Assembly (NCBI GenBank): GCA_031549385.1
Contig: JAVBPW010000006.1
Coordinates: forward strand, 1 to 64,000
Source: Alphaproteobacteria bacterium
Lineage (GTDB): Bacteria > Pseudomonadota > Alphaproteobacteria > Rs-D84 > SZUA-605
DNA length: 64,000 nucleotides
Direction: 5' to 3'
The position numbers were made by a program, and so were the translations under genes. Below the pieces are notes generated by a model. That model did not search any database, had not been told where the DNA came from, and was given only the letters and a program-made list of their open reading frames with translations. Of the stretch, positions 38,896 to 49,320 are shown one piece after another (position 1 is the first letter of the stretch; the number at the start of each line of letters is the position of its first letter).

Positions 38896-39429
38896 TTGAA
38901 AATGAAAAAGATATTTATTTTGATTATTGCTTTAATTCTTGTCTTAATAACTGGGTTTGTTTACTTTAAATATATTAAAAAAAAGGAAGTTATTCAAATT
39001 AATGATGGTATTACTACCATTGACTTAAATAATGACGGTACTGAAGATTTAATTGTTAAAACCTTTCATCAAACTGAATCTGCTTCATCTGATAAATTTG
39101 TTTATATGTTTTCTATTTTTGACAGTGAAACAAAAAAATATAAAAATATTCAACTTAATTCTGAGGATATTGTTGTAGAAATGCTTGGAAATGAAGAAGA
39201 TTTAACTTTAGATTGTCATAAATCTGTTATTGGTTTGAGTAAAAATTATAAAAAAGAAATTATTTTAACTATAGTTTCACTTGAACTTAATGATTTATTT
39301 AATCCCTCACCTTCTAATGCCACTATATCAAAATATAAAATAGACAATAGTTCTGGTATTTATGAATGGAAGTTAATAAATAAAGAAAAAAAGAATGGTA
39401 AATATTGTAATCTGAAAGAATTGTTATAA
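38896..39429 (+). CDS. Membrane-anchored exported protein, resembling the CarG/CpmJ family
   Basis: N-terminal TM; INDGITTIDLNNDGTEDLIV; two Cys; TTGACT..TATAAT promoter and AGGAG SD; family recalled by eye only. Confidence 0.55.
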   Translation: MKMKKIFILIIALILVLITGFVYFKYIKKKEVIQINDGITTIDLNNDGTEDLIVKTFHQTESASSDKFVYMFSIFDSETKKYKNIQLNSEDIVVEMLGNEEDLTLDCHKSVIGLSKNYKKEIILTIVSLELNDLFNPSPSNATISKYKIDNSSGIYEWKLINKEKKNGKYCNLKELL

Positions 39430-39508
39430 AAAAGATTATGTAAAAATTATATAAAACTGGCTTATTTAAGCCAGTTTTTTTTATTATAAAAAAATAAAAG
39501 GAAAAATT

Positions 39509-40156
39509 ATGGAAGTTAAAAGTGATGTAAAAAACAAAACTGTAATATATAATAATGGAAAAGAAAAAATTATAAAAAAAGGAGGAACTGTTGCTTGGAG
39601 AACTAATAATCCAGGAAACCTATCATATGGTTCTTTAGAAGGTGCTGTAAAAGATGGAGCAATTGGGGTTTACCGTTATAAAACATATAAATTTGGAATA
39701 TTTCCTGATTTTGAAACTGGAGAAAAAGCTTTAAAAAATTTATGGAAGAATAAATGGAAAAATATAATGCCTGAAAGAACAGTTAAAGAAGCTATGTTTA
39801 TATACTCTCCACCTGAAGATAATAATACCAGTAAATATATTGATAATATCAATAAAAAAGTAGATGCAAATAAGAAAATTAAAGATTTAAATGATAATGA
39901 TTTTGATAATCTATTTTCAGTTATAAAAAAACAAGAAGGTAATGGATTAGGAATAGAAAAAAGAGAAAAAGTTTCACATTTTGGATTGAAAATTGACAAT
40001 GAATATAAGGAATTTAAAGATAAACCCATTGAATATGATGCTACTGGAAAAATTATACCACCCAGAATATCAATTAATGGATCAGTTAATGTAAAAAAAC
40101 ATATTAGAGATGGATATAATGTAAATTCTTATACTAGGAGTCTTCCTAATAGATAG
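39509..40156 (+). CDS. NNPGN-motif lysozyme-like protein with a basic C-terminal motif
   Basis: GGTVAWRTNNPGNL, FGIFPDFETG, YSPPEDNNTSKY and IKKQEG; tail VNVKKHIRDGYNVNSYTRSLP. Confidence 0.65.
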   Translation: MEVKSDVKNKTVIYNNGKEKIIKKGGTVAWRTNNPGNLSYGSLEGAVKDGAIGVYRYKTYKFGIFPDFETGEKALKNLWKNKWKNIMPERTVKEAMFIYSPPEDNNTSKYIDNINKKVDANKKIKDLNDNDFDNLFSVIKKQEGNGLGIEKREKVSHFGLKIDNEYKEFKDKPIEYDATGKIIPPRISINGSVNVKKHIRDGYNVNSYTRSLPNR

Positions 40157-40219
40157 ATTATTGTCTTCTATTAGATTTTGTGATATAATTATAAGGTAAT
40201 TCTTTATAAGGAGGAAATT

Positions 40220-40495
40220 ATGGAAAATGCTTTGAAAATTAGAAATATTCTATTTAAATGTTTTATTATTAACTATATCGTAATTGTTTTAGTTTGGGGA
40301 GTTTCTTTTAGTAACTTTTTCCCTTATATGATGGAAAAATTCTTTTTGTTTGGCCCTGAAGAAACTGCAAGATATTTTGCTTTTATGCTGGGATTTTGGA
40401 AAATTATTAATGCTATTTTCTTCTTAGTACCTGCAATTGCTATTCATTGGGAATATGCTGGAAAAAAACAAAAGAAAACTGCAAAAAGAAAATAA
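40220..40495 (+). CDS. Small two-TM membrane protein (DUF6868-like)
   Basis: LFKCFIINY...GFWKI...FFLVPAIA; AAGGAGG SD. Confidence 0.7.
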   Translation: MENALKIRNILFKCFIINYIVIVLVWGVSFSNFFPYMMEKFFLFGPEETARYFAFMLGFWKIINAIFFLVPAIAIHWEYAGKKQKKTAKRK

Positions 40496-40510
40496 TTTAA
40501 AAGCTGGATC

Positions 40511-41881
40511 TTATCCAGTTTTTTTTATTCTTAAACTTTGATAATTCTTTTGTGGTTTATTTTGTTTTCTTGAATCTTTTGAAAATAATTTCTTTTTATT
40601 TCTGAATTTATTCTTTCTTGAAAAGCTTTTTTTATGACTTTCTGATTTATGCTCATCTTGCTTCTTTCCTGAAAACTCTTTTTTAAAAGATGTTTCTGTT
40701 TTTTTTGTGAAAGATTTTTTAGAACCTCTGTTTCTTGAGCGTCTTGACTTTTTTGGTGATTTTTCTTTTAATTCACTATCATCTTCTTGTTTAAATTCTT
40801 CTGGATTTATCAATTTTTGAATTTCTTTCCAGTTTTTTTTATCAAGAGTCGTAATTAAGTTTACAGCATTACCTTTTGCCCCTGCTCTTGCTGTTCTTCC
40901 AATTCTGTGAATATAGTCTTCTGGTTGACCTGGAAGGTCATGATTAATTACACATTCAATATTAGGAATATCTATTCCACGGGCTGCAACGTCAGTTCCA
41001 ACAAGTACTTTGAACTTTCCTTCGCGGAATTCTTTTATTACTTTTTCTCTTTTAGTTTGACGTAAGTCACCATGAAGAGATTGAGCCTTTATTTCTATAT
41101 CTTTTAATTTTTTTGCTATTTTATCTGCATTATGTTTGGTTTTTACAAAAGCTATTAACTGCCCATTATATTCTTTTATTACTTCAACAAAGGTTTCAAA
41201 TTTATTTGCTATTTCACAATCAATATTTTTAGTTTCAATATTTGCAATTGGAGTTGTGGTTGAACCTATTGCTATACGTTCTGGATTGTTTAAATATTTC
41301 TTTGAAAGTTTTACTATTTCATCTGGAAGAGTTGCTGAAAACATTAATGTTTGTCTTTTTTCTGGCAAATGTTTTACTATTTCATCAATTTGAACAGAAA
41401 ATCCCATATCAAGCATTCTGTCTATTTCATCAAGAACTACAAATTTTGTATTTTTCAGTAATGATTGATCTCTTAAAAAATCATTGATTCTGCCTGGGGT
41501 TCCTATCATTAATCTAGGGTGATTATTTTTTAATTCTTGAGCTTGAAGACTCTTTGAATTTCCACCTATTAACAATACTGTTTTAATTGAACCTTTTGTA
41601 TTTAATATTTGTCTTACAAAGTTTGAAACTTGAGTTGCTATTTCACGAGTTGGAGTAATAACTAATACTGTATCTGACTTATTATTTAATAAATGAGTTA
41701 TTGCAGGAATTATAAAAGCACCTGTTTTGCCTGTTCCTGTTTGAGCTGAACCTAAAATATCCTTTCCTGATAGAGCTAATGGAATGCTCGCCTTTTGGAT
41801 AGGAGTTGGTTCTTTAAAGCCTAGTTTATCTATTGCCCTTTGTAAATTTTCAGGCAAATTAAACATAGAAAATGTAGTCAT
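40511..41881 (-). CDS. DEAD-box RNA helicase
   Basis: Q motif, AQTGTGKT, PTREIA, TPGR, DEID, SAT, ARGID, HRIGRTAR; basic tail. Confidence 0.95.
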   Translation of the reverse strand: MTTFSMFNLPENLQRAIDKLGFKEPTPIQKASIPLALSGKDILGSAQTGTGKTGAFIIPAITHLLNNKSDTVLVITPTREIATQVSNFVRQILNTKGSIKTVLLIGGNSKSLQAQELKNNHPRLMIGTPGRINDFLRDQSLLKNTKFVVLDEIDRMLDMGFSVQIDEIVKHLPEKRQTLMFSATLPDEIVKLSKKYLNNPERIAIGSTTTPIANIETKNIDCEIANKFETFVEVIKEYNGQLIAFVKTKHNADKIAKKLKDIEIKAQSLHGDLRQTKREKVIKEFREGKFKVLVGTDVAARGIDIPNIECVINHDLPGQPEDYIHRIGRTARAGAKGNAVNLITTLDKKNWKEIQKLINPEEFKQEDDSELKEKSPKKSRRSRNRGSKKSFTKKTETSFKKEFSGKKQDEHKSESHKKSFSRKNKFRNKKKLFSKDSRKQNKPQKNYQSLRIKKTG

Positions 41882-42074
41882 AAATCATCCTTATGAGATT
41901 GTTTTTATAACTATCAATACAAAATGAGGGGTTATAAAAAGATTATAATTGAATAGTATAGCTTTTAAAAAAGAGAATTACAAGTAAATTTTGCAAATAG
42001 GTTGACAAACTTAATTTTTACTAAAAATAAAAGGTTAAGTATTTACCTAACCTTTTTCGATTATCAATAACTTA

Positions 42075-42788
42075 CTAACGATAAGTTGTTGTAACAGTTA
42101 CTTGATTGTATTTATTTTGCTTTCCTGAACCTTTGATATAAGTTTTTGATTTCTTTACATCTTTGATTTTTGGATAGGCTTTTTTTACCCAAGCTTCTGC
42201 TTTTTTATATTCATCTTTAATTGCTACATTTGATGGAACAACATATTTTAACTCATGTTTGTCATATTCTTGGTCGCCTGTTGGCTTATATGACTTGTCA
42301 TGAAGATCCATTTTAACTGTACCTATATAATATGCTTTTCCTGCTTCCATCTTTTCATCAACTACCCAATGTGCTGCATGAATGTCTGATGAATATAGAT
42401 AGTCAGGTCCGAAAAATCCTGGACGTGATACTGTAAATGAAAAGAAATCTACTATAGCTTTATCGTATGGATTTATTTCTACTACAAAGAATTTATTTGT
42501 TTGAATTGGGCCAAATCCTTTGTCTGTTTTTTCATCAAAATCATATTTATCTGGATGACGCATAGAATCGTCAAATGGACGAGTTGATATATTTGCTTCT
42601 AGAAACTTCTTATCTTTATCATCTGCAGCATAACCTTTCTTTGTCATTGCTGGAGAAACTTCTATTTTTCCTATTAATATTACTTTCTTTTTATCTGGAG
42701 TTGAACCTTCTGATAATGGTTTAGTTAATCCACCACCACAGCCTGTTAATACTGCTGATAATAAAACTGCGCTTAATAATTTTTTCAT
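42075..42788 (-). CDS. Lipoprotein, unknown function
   Basis: Lipobox VLTG-C; GGAG SD. Confidence 0.8.
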   Translation of the reverse strand: MKKLLSAVLLSAVLTGCGGGLTKPLSEGSTPDKKKVILIGKIEVSPAMTKKGYAADDKDKKFLEANISTRPFDDSMRHPDKYDFDEKTDKGFGPIQTNKFFVVEINPYDKAIVDFFSFTVSRPGFFGPDYLYSSDIHAAHWVVDEKMEAGKAYYIGTVKMDLHDKSYKPTGDQEYDKHELKYVVPSNVAIKDEYKKAEAWVKKAYPKIKDVKKSKTYIKGSGKQNKYNQVTVTTTYR

Positions 42789-42800
42789 TTTAATCTCTCC

Positions 42801-43121
42801 TTAATTCTTTGGACAATTGTATGCATATGCTACGTAGCCATAATAATCATTTGAACCTATTACCATGCCGCCATATTTAAAATTCATTGCTTCTTCAATA
42901 CGAACTGTGTTTCCACCCATTGATACAACTTTATTTAGCAAGATATTCTTGGCTTCTTCTTTGTTAGCATGATAACCTGTTGTATCTAGTTTTCCAAGCT
43001 CTTTACAATTAGCTGGTTTATTTTCTACTACTTTTACTGCTTGGCCTTCTGGAGTTGGTTTTGGATTTACACCACATCCTGTTAGAGCCAAGGCTAAAAA
43101 AATTAAACTATATTTTTTCAT
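42801..43121 (-). CDS. Small lipoprotein (DUF4156-like)
   Basis: LTG-C; CKELG...LLNKVVSMGGNTV...AYNCP. Confidence 0.75.
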   Translation of the reverse strand: MKKYSLIFLALALTGCGVNPKPTPEGQAVKVVENKPANCKELGKLDTTGYHANKEEAKNILLNKVVSMGGNTVRIEEAMNFKYGGMVIGSNDYYGYVAYAYNCPKN

Positions 43122-43239
43122 ATCAGTCCTTTTTTAAGTGTTTAGCTTAATTTTAATAATACTTTTTTGTTTTGCAATTTTATTTTATAGATTTTACTTT
43201 TAAAATATTTTATAATTTCTTTAATAAAAGGAGAATTTC

Positions 43240-43794
43240 ATGATTTTTAAATTAGTTTTATTTGTTTTTGCTATTGCTATTTCTTTCTTGCCTGGAATTT
43301 TTGGTATGATATTTACTCCAGGGACTGGAAAAAATTTAGAATTTGTTATGGAATTTGCTAATCTTCTTGGAATTCAAAGTCCTGGAACTGCAGTTGATAT
43401 TTGGTATTATACTGCTATTAGACATCCTTCTTTTACACCACCGGCTTGGGTATTTGGAGCTGCTTGGTCTACACTTTATTTCTTGATTGGGGTTGCTTTT
43501 TTCCTTGCTTTGATTACAAAAGATGAAACTGGATATTCTAAGAAAAGATCTGCCATCGTTTTCTTCTTTTTACATCTTATATTAAATGGAGCTTGGAGCT
43601 GGGTATTTTTTGGAAAACATTTAATGGTTATAGCTTTAGTTGTTTTAATGGCTCTTTTATTTGTTTCTATTTATATGTGGATGGGTTTCAAACGTCAAAA
43701 TAAATGGGCTGGATATTTAGTTATACCTTATTTGTTATGGCTTTGTTTTGCAACTGCTTTAAATGCTGGATTTATTTATTTGAACCTTTTGTAA
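43240..43794 (+). CDS. tspO: TspO/MBR family protein
   Basis: WY...PSFTPPAWVFGAAWSTLY, LNGAWSWVFFG and PYLLWLCFATALN motifs. Confidence 0.9.
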   Translation: MIFKLVLFVFAIAISFLPGIFGMIFTPGTGKNLEFVMEFANLLGIQSPGTAVDIWYYTAIRHPSFTPPAWVFGAAWSTLYFLIGVAFFLALITKDETGYSKKRSAIVFFFLHLILNGAWSWVFFGKHLMVIALVVLMALLFVSIYMWMGFKRQNKWAGYLVIPYLLWLCFATALNAGFIYLNLL

Positions 43795-43855
43795 TATTTA
43801 TTGCACATTTTATTTTTGTAATCTATACTTCCTTTAAATTTTAAGGTAGAGAGAT

Positions 43856-44668
43856 ATGAAAAATTTTAAAAAGATTATTGCTACACTTGCTTGCGCTCTG
43901 CTCATTTGGATTGCATTTTTTTATTTTGCTCATGGATATGTTATTCTTTCTTTTCCTACTTCTTACAATACACCAGAAAAAGTTAATCTTCCTCAATTTC
44001 AAGAAGTTAAAGTTAAAACTGATGATGGATTAGATTTAATTGCTTGGTATGCTCCTGGAAAGCCTGGAAAACCTGCTGTTATTTTTTGCCATGGAAATCA
44101 AGCTAATGTTTCTACTTATGCTTTTGCTAATAAAAAATATATAGATGAAGGATATCCTATTTATTATGTTGAATATAGAGGCTTTGGAATTAATCCTGGA
44201 AAGTGGAGTGAAAAAGGTTTTCAAAAAGATGTTATTGCTGGATGGAACTTTTTAAAAGAAAAAGGACATGATAAAATTATCCTTCATGGATTTTCTTTAG
44301 GATGCGCTATTGCTGTTGATGCTGCAACTGTTTTGAAACCTGATGCGTTAATTTTGGAAGCACCTTTTTTATCTATGAAACATATGTTTCAAATTAGACC
44401 TTATGTGCTTTTAGGAAGTACGCTTTTAAAATATCCTATGAGATCTGATAAAAAAATTGATAAAGTAGAATCGCCTACATTAATTATTCATGGAACTGAC
44501 GATATGTTAATTCCTTTTAATAATGGTGAAAAACTTTTTGGTATTAGTTCAGCAAAAGATAAAACTTTTGTTCCTGTTGATGGAGCTGGACACATGTTGT
44601 TTAATTATAATTCTATTGATATTATTCTTAAATGGGTTAATGATAAATATAAAAAAGGAGAGATATAA
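43856..44668 (+). CDS. Alpha/beta hydrolase
   Basis: HGN, EYRGFG, GFSLG nucleophile elbow, HGTDD and GAGH motifs. Confidence 0.9.
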   Translation: MKNFKKIIATLACALLIWIAFFYFAHGYVILSFPTSYNTPEKVNLPQFQEVKVKTDDGLDLIAWYAPGKPGKPAVIFCHGNQANVSTYAFANKKYIDEGYPIYYVEYRGFGINPGKWSEKGFQKDVIAGWNFLKEKGHDKIILHGFSLGCAIAVDAATVLKPDALILEAPFLSMKHMFQIRPYVLLGSTLLKYPMRSDKKIDKVESPTLIIHGTDDMLIPFNNGEKLFGISSAKDKTFVPVDGAGHMLFNYNSIDIILKWVNDKYKKGEI

Positions 44669-45445
44669 ATGAATCTTAAAAATCTTAATGTAAATGTTAT
44701 CTTTATTTCTGTTATTGTTATTCTTTGTTTTGCTAGTTACAAAATTTGGGACGCAGAAAAATATAAAGGTGCAAGACAAGTTGTTGTTAGAGGCGAATGC
44801 TTGAAAAGTGTTGCTAAAGACAGAACTGCAGTAACTGTTGAAGTTAAAAATTTAGAAAAAAATGCTTCAATTGCTAATAAAAAATCTATGGAAACTTATG
44901 GTAAAATTACAAACTATATCGTTGAATTGAAGAAAAATTTTCCTGATACTGATTTAGAAACTTTAGCTGTTGAATCTTATGAAAGAAGAGAATGGAGTGA
45001 AAGTGCAAAGAAAAATGTTTTACTTGGAATTGAATCTGTTATCAGACTGGAAATTACTACACCAGATAAAGAATTAGTTGAAAAAATATTAGCAGAAATT
45101 TCAAAATATAGCGACGTTTATACTAATAATTTAAGAATGTTTACTTCAAAAAAATTAATGAAACAAGAACAAGAAGATTGTATTGCTGAGGCGACTAAAA
45201 ATGCTAAAGAAAAAGCAAAAGCTCTTGCAAAAGCTGGTGGAAGCAAAGTTGGAAAATTACTTAATGCTAGCTTTTCACAAACAGCTGGAGTTAGTTCTTC
45301 TGGTTATGTAAATACTATGATGGAATTTGCAGTTGCTGAAGATTATGAAGCTGCACCACGCGCAAAAAGTTTTGCAGCACCTGCTTTATTTACAAAAGAT
45401 AGTGAAATTAGCGTTTCTGTTAATGCTACTTTTGAATTGAAATAA
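44669..45445 (+). CDS. SIMPL (DUF541) domain protein
   Basis: N-terminal TM; AxxNAKEKAKALA...VGKL; terminal ISVSVNATFELK. Confidence 0.85.
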   Translation: MNLKNLNVNVIFISVIVILCFASYKIWDAEKYKGARQVVVRGECLKSVAKDRTAVTVEVKNLEKNASIANKKSMETYGKITNYIVELKKNFPDTDLETLAVESYERREWSESAKKNVLLGIESVIRLEITTPDKELVEKILAEISKYSDVYTNNLRMFTSKKLMKQEQEDCIAEATKNAKEKAKALAKAGGSKVGKLLNASFSQTAGVSSSGYVNTMMEFAVAEDYEAAPRAKSFAAPALFTKDSEISVSVNATFELK

Positions 45446-45485
45446 TTTAAAATTTAAAAAATAAAGAGCCTTTAAGGCTCTTTTT

Positions 45486-45992
45486 TTATTTATTCCATGG
45501 CATTTTTTCAAGTACCCACATCATTCCACACCAATTCGTAATTCCTGAATATGTTAGACCTGAACCTATAAATAATGGAACTGCTAACCACCAAGAATTT
45601 ACAAAGATTCCTAGTAATGTACCCAATAAAACTAATAATCCTGCAAATAATCTTACTTGTCTTTCCATTGGAATTTTTATATGTGTTCGTAAAACTGGAA
45701 GTCCATCAATAGCTGCTTGAGTTACACCACCTTTTACTACAACTACATTTTTAAATCCTGAGTTGATAAACATTTGTGCTGCTATTGCTGCTTTTCGGCC
45801 TGTTGTGCAAATTGTGTACAAAGTTTTCTTTCCATCTAATTCATATCTTTTTATAAAATCTTTTGGATTTAACATTTCAATTGGAACATTCCAATGTGGG
45901 CGGTTTAAAATTATTTGACCACGTCCTGGACATCCACGAACGTCTAATATTAAATCATCTTTCTTTAATTGTTTTGGTGAAATCGATTGCAT
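45486..45992 (-). CDS. Rhodanese-like + DUF2892 membrane protein (YgaP-like)
   Basis: LDVR, CTTGRKA, MERQVRLFAG and GITNWCGM..LEKMPWN motifs. Confidence 0.88.
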   Translation of the reverse strand: MQSISPKQLKKDDLILDVRGCPGRGQIILNRPHWNVPIEMLNPKDFIKRYELDGKKTLYTICTTGRKAAIAAQMFINSGFKNVVVVKGGVTQAAIDGLPVLRTHIKIPMERQVRLFAGLLVLLGTLLGIFVNSWWLAVPLFIGSGLTYSGITNWCGMMWVLEKMPWNK

Positions 45993-46091
45993 ATTTTGCT
46001 CCTTATTTTAATAACTTCAATTCTACCTTAAATTGAATATTAAGTCAAATTAGGAAATAAAAAAGAGCCCTTTAAGGGCTCAAGTAAAAAA

Positions 46092-47426
46092 TCATTGTCC
46101 GAGTGAATTCATGTACTCGGCAATTTTGCGTTTGTCTTCCGGAGATATTTCGATACTTGTTTGCAAAGTATCGGTTATTTCCTTTAATGTTAACACTGAA
46201 TGAAGTCTCACTCCTTCTTTTTCAAGAAGTTCATCGGCACCTTGCTTGCGGTTGACCAAAACAACTACATCACATACATCGAGACCTAAATCGCGAAGTT
46301 TGTTGATCGTTGTCATGGTGCTGCCACCTGTGGTTGCTACATCTTCGAAAACAATAACCCTTTCTTTATCTTCGGGGTTGAAAGTTTCAACAGTTTGAGA
46401 ACCTGTTACCCCGTGGTCTTTTGCTTCTTGACGTAATGTCAACAAAGGTTTTCCGGTTGATTGTGCAAGTCTTGCTGCAAAGCTTAACCCACCCATGGGA
46501 ACACCGCACACGCGATCAAATCCACAAGTTTGTGCTACTTTGGTAATGTGGTAAATCGCATTGCCAAACAGCGTCGGGAATGACGGCATGTTACGAACAT
46601 CAATGTAAATCGGCGAAAATGCTCCGGATTTCAGTTTGAAATTACCTACTTTGACTATTTCATGTTTGAATAATTCTTGTATGAATTTTTCTTTGATAGT
46701 CGGTACTTTCACCGGATTTGTCGATGTCTGTTTGATTTCGTCCAAAATTTTCATCGCTGCTTCGGATGGAGCATAGTGACTGTGCGCGGTGATTGAGCGA
46801 CCTATTACCATTGCTGAAGAACCCATGAGGATTGCTTCTGACGGTGTGGTTATTCGCTTTTGATCGCCAGGACTGTCCCAAACAGGTCGAATTCCCGGAG
46901 TAATCAATAACGCATCAGGTCCCATAATTTCACGGACGCCGGCAACTTCTTTCGGTGAACAAACTAACCCATCCATGTGACAATCCTTTGCCAACTGCGC
47001 CAAATGGTAAACCATTTGTTCGGGCGGGTAGATAAAACCGATTTCGGTCATATCCCCTTCACCGAGGCTGGTCAGTATTGATACTGCAATAATCTTAACA
47101 TCCGGATTTACTGCTTTTCCTGCTTTGACAGCGGCTTTCATCATTTCCTGCCCGCCGGTTGCATGAACATTTATAATGTCTGCTCCTGCTTTGGCGGCGG
47201 CGGTTACCGCACCGGCTACTGTATTGGGAATATCGCTTTCTTTCACATCAACAAAGAGTTTGCAATCTTTTTTCCGTAACGCTCGGACCACTTGTGGTAA
47301 TCCTTCGGAATTCAGAATTTCTTTGCCTACTTTGTAAATGCCAACACATTCAGATGTTTGTTCAACGAGTTCTACTGCTCGTCCTAAACTAGGCACGTCA
47401 AGTGCCACAATGATTTTGTTCTTCAT
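46092..47426 (-). CDS. pyrF-pyrE: Fused OMP decarboxylase-orotate phosphoribosyltransferase (PyrF-PyrE), SD-less class
   Basis: IVALD, DVKESDIPNT, TPGIRP, DQKR and IGRSIT, then FKLKSG, IYIDVR and VFEDVATTGGS; TTGACT-N17-TACTAT; AAACTTAAA at 47441-47449. Confidence 0.92.
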   Translation of the reverse strand: MKNKIIVALDVPSLGRAVELVEQTSECVGIYKVGKEILNSEGLPQVVRALRKKDCKLFVDVKESDIPNTVAGAVTAAAKAGADIINVHATGGQEMMKAAVKAGKAVNPDVKIIAVSILTSLGEGDMTEIGFIYPPEQMVYHLAQLAKDCHMDGLVCSPKEVAGVREIMGPDALLITPGIRPVWDSPGDQKRITTPSEAILMGSSAMVIGRSITAHSHYAPSEAAMKILDEIKQTSTNPVKVPTIKEKFIQELFKHEIVKVGNFKLKSGAFSPIYIDVRNMPSFPTLFGNAIYHITKVAQTCGFDRVCGVPMGGLSFAARLAQSTGKPLLTLRQEAKDHGVTGSQTVETFNPEDKERVIVFEDVATTGGSTMTTINKLRDLGLDVCDVVVLVNRKQGADELLEKEGVRLHSVLTLKEITDTLQTSIEISPEDKRKIAEYMNSLGQ

Positions 47427-47515
47427 TTTAATTTGATTTATTTAAGTTTGGATTTTTATTAAATTACGTTGATAGTATTTAATATTAAGTTAAAAGTCAA
47501 TGTTTAAAATTTAGG

Positions 47516-49312
47516 CTATTTTCTTACTGGAATAACTTTTTTAACTGGAGTTGTCTTTACTGGTTGTGGCTTTTTCTTTTTTGCTGGAGTTACTATTGCC
47601 TTTTTTGCTGTTGTTTTTACTGGAATTTTTACATTTGTTGCTGATTTTCCTGTTATAGCTTTTTTGTCAGCTGTTGTTGGAGTTTCTATTTTTGTTTCTT
47701 CAATTGAAGATTTTACTGCAGTTTTATTGCAACTTGTATCACAACGAGTGTTTTCATTTTGAGAGTATGATTTTGCATCTATCCATGACCCATCAACCAT
47801 ATGACATAAAATATATCCTGATTTACATCCTTTTGGAGTTTTATATAATGTATCACCTTTTTCTATGTAATCCCAACTTGTTACTACTGATTGATTACTT
47901 GAATTGTATTTTACTACTTCAGTATAGCACTTTGTTGAATCACTTTTTGTTGGATGTAATTTTTTAAGACCTTTGCACTTACATATTCCACCTGTTAAAA
48001 CTTTATCTGAATCACATTTTTTCTTTTCACATTTTGCATTTACTCCAACACCTATTAAGTCGTAGTCAGCATCGCATTTTGTCGGGTAACATGTTACCCC
48101 ATCTGAGGTGTAGTTTTTTGGACAACCTTCACATTTTGCATTTATCCCAACGCCTACTAATTTTTGACCTGCTTCACATTTTGTTGGATAGCATTTTACT
48201 CCGTCTGAAGTATAATTCGTTGGACATAAATCACATAACGCACTTAATGTGTTTGGATTTTTAAATTCTGAACCAATCTTACATGCTGTTGGTATTCTTT
48301 TAAAACAACTTCCGTCTAGCATATCCATTGCTGATGTTGCATTGTCTGGAGTTGATGATGATGAATGACCTGAACAATAAATCTTGCTACAAGAAGCTGA
48401 TTTTGCATTTGATGTAAATCCTGTATCACATGCTGTACAAACTGTTGATGAGCCTCCAGCTGAATATGTGTTAGCTGGGCAATCTTCACATATTATTCCA
48501 TTTAACTTTTGACCTGCTGAACAGGTTGGAGTAAAACAAGTTAATCCGTCTGATGTTTGACCGCTTGGACATGGGTCACAATAGTAACCTGAAACTGATG
48601 AATTTAAACTGTATGTCCATTGTCTTTTGTAGTAACCTGTTTGACATGATGTTGGATTTCTTACATAACATGTCGTGTTTTGATAAACATCTGTTATACC
48701 TTGTGCATATGATAATGTTGGGGCAGTTGTTGTTAACCCATTTTCTGTGCAATATTGTCTTACACAACCTGTTTCATCTGATGGATTTACTACATAGCCA
48801 TCTCCACAATATTTACATTGAGCTGATATTGTCCCTTTGTTTGATATATAGTAATTTGATTTACATGAGGCTGGATAACAAGTAGTTCCATTTGATGTAT
48901 ATGTTAATATACCTGATGAATCTGATACATGAGCACTTGAACATGTTGTGCAATAACTACCTGATAATGTTTGACCTATTGGACATGTTTTTGGTGAACA
49001 TGTTTGATATATTGTTCCTGTATTTGTTAGTTCATAACCATAAGAACAACTTGTTGGAATTATACTTATGCACCCTGTCCAATCATCTGTTTCTGTATAG
49101 CCTGTTGAATATGGTGGAATGTAACCTGGATAAACATGATCGCAATATTCTACTCTGTATTGACAAGTATACGGATAATACATGTCACATTTCCTGCACT
49201 GATTTGTTCCTATCCAATCCCAGTCGTAAGGACAACCAGATGCTTGAAGTTTAGACGCAAGTAGCAACAATGATATAAATATTAATAAATACTTTTTCAT
49301 TGTTGCCACCAT
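47516..49312 (-). CDS. Secreted Cys-rich modular protein (paralog 4)
   Basis: Signal peptide; TSDGxxCYPT repeats; conserved WDYIExGD domain; K/T/P tail. Confidence 0.85.
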   Translation of the reverse strand: MVATMKKYLLIFISLLLLASKLQASGCPYDWDWIGTNQCRKCDMYYPYTCQYRVEYCDHVYPGYIPPYSTGYTETDDWTGCISIIPTSCSYGYELTNTGTIYQTCSPKTCPIGQTLSGSYCTTCSSAHVSDSSGILTYTSNGTTCYPASCKSNYYISNKGTISAQCKYCGDGYVVNPSDETGCVRQYCTENGLTTTAPTLSYAQGITDVYQNTTCYVRNPTSCQTGYYKRQWTYSLNSSVSGYYCDPCPSGQTSDGLTCFTPTCSAGQKLNGIICEDCPANTYSAGGSSTVCTACDTGFTSNAKSASCSKIYCSGHSSSSTPDNATSAMDMLDGSCFKRIPTACKIGSEFKNPNTLSALCDLCPTNYTSDGVKCYPTKCEAGQKLVGVGINAKCEGCPKNYTSDGVTCYPTKCDADYDLIGVGVNAKCEKKKCDSDKVLTGGICKCKGLKKLHPTKSDSTKCYTEVVKYNSSNQSVVTSWDYIEKGDTLYKTPKGCKSGYILCHMVDGSWIDAKSYSQNENTRCDTSCNKTAVKSSIEETKIETPTTADKKAITGKSATNVKIPVKTTAKKAIVTPAKKKKPQPVKTTPVKKVIPVRK

Positions 49313-49320
49313 ACCTCATT

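Noticed and set aside
40511-41881. DEID instead of DEAD in the helicase
   Set aside because: DExD variation is common and all other motifs are intact.
42002-42058. TTGACA plus AACTTAA followed by a hairpin (possible empty unit)
   Set aside because: No -10 box at 16-18-nt spacing; the hairpin is explained as the terminator of the lipoprotein operon.
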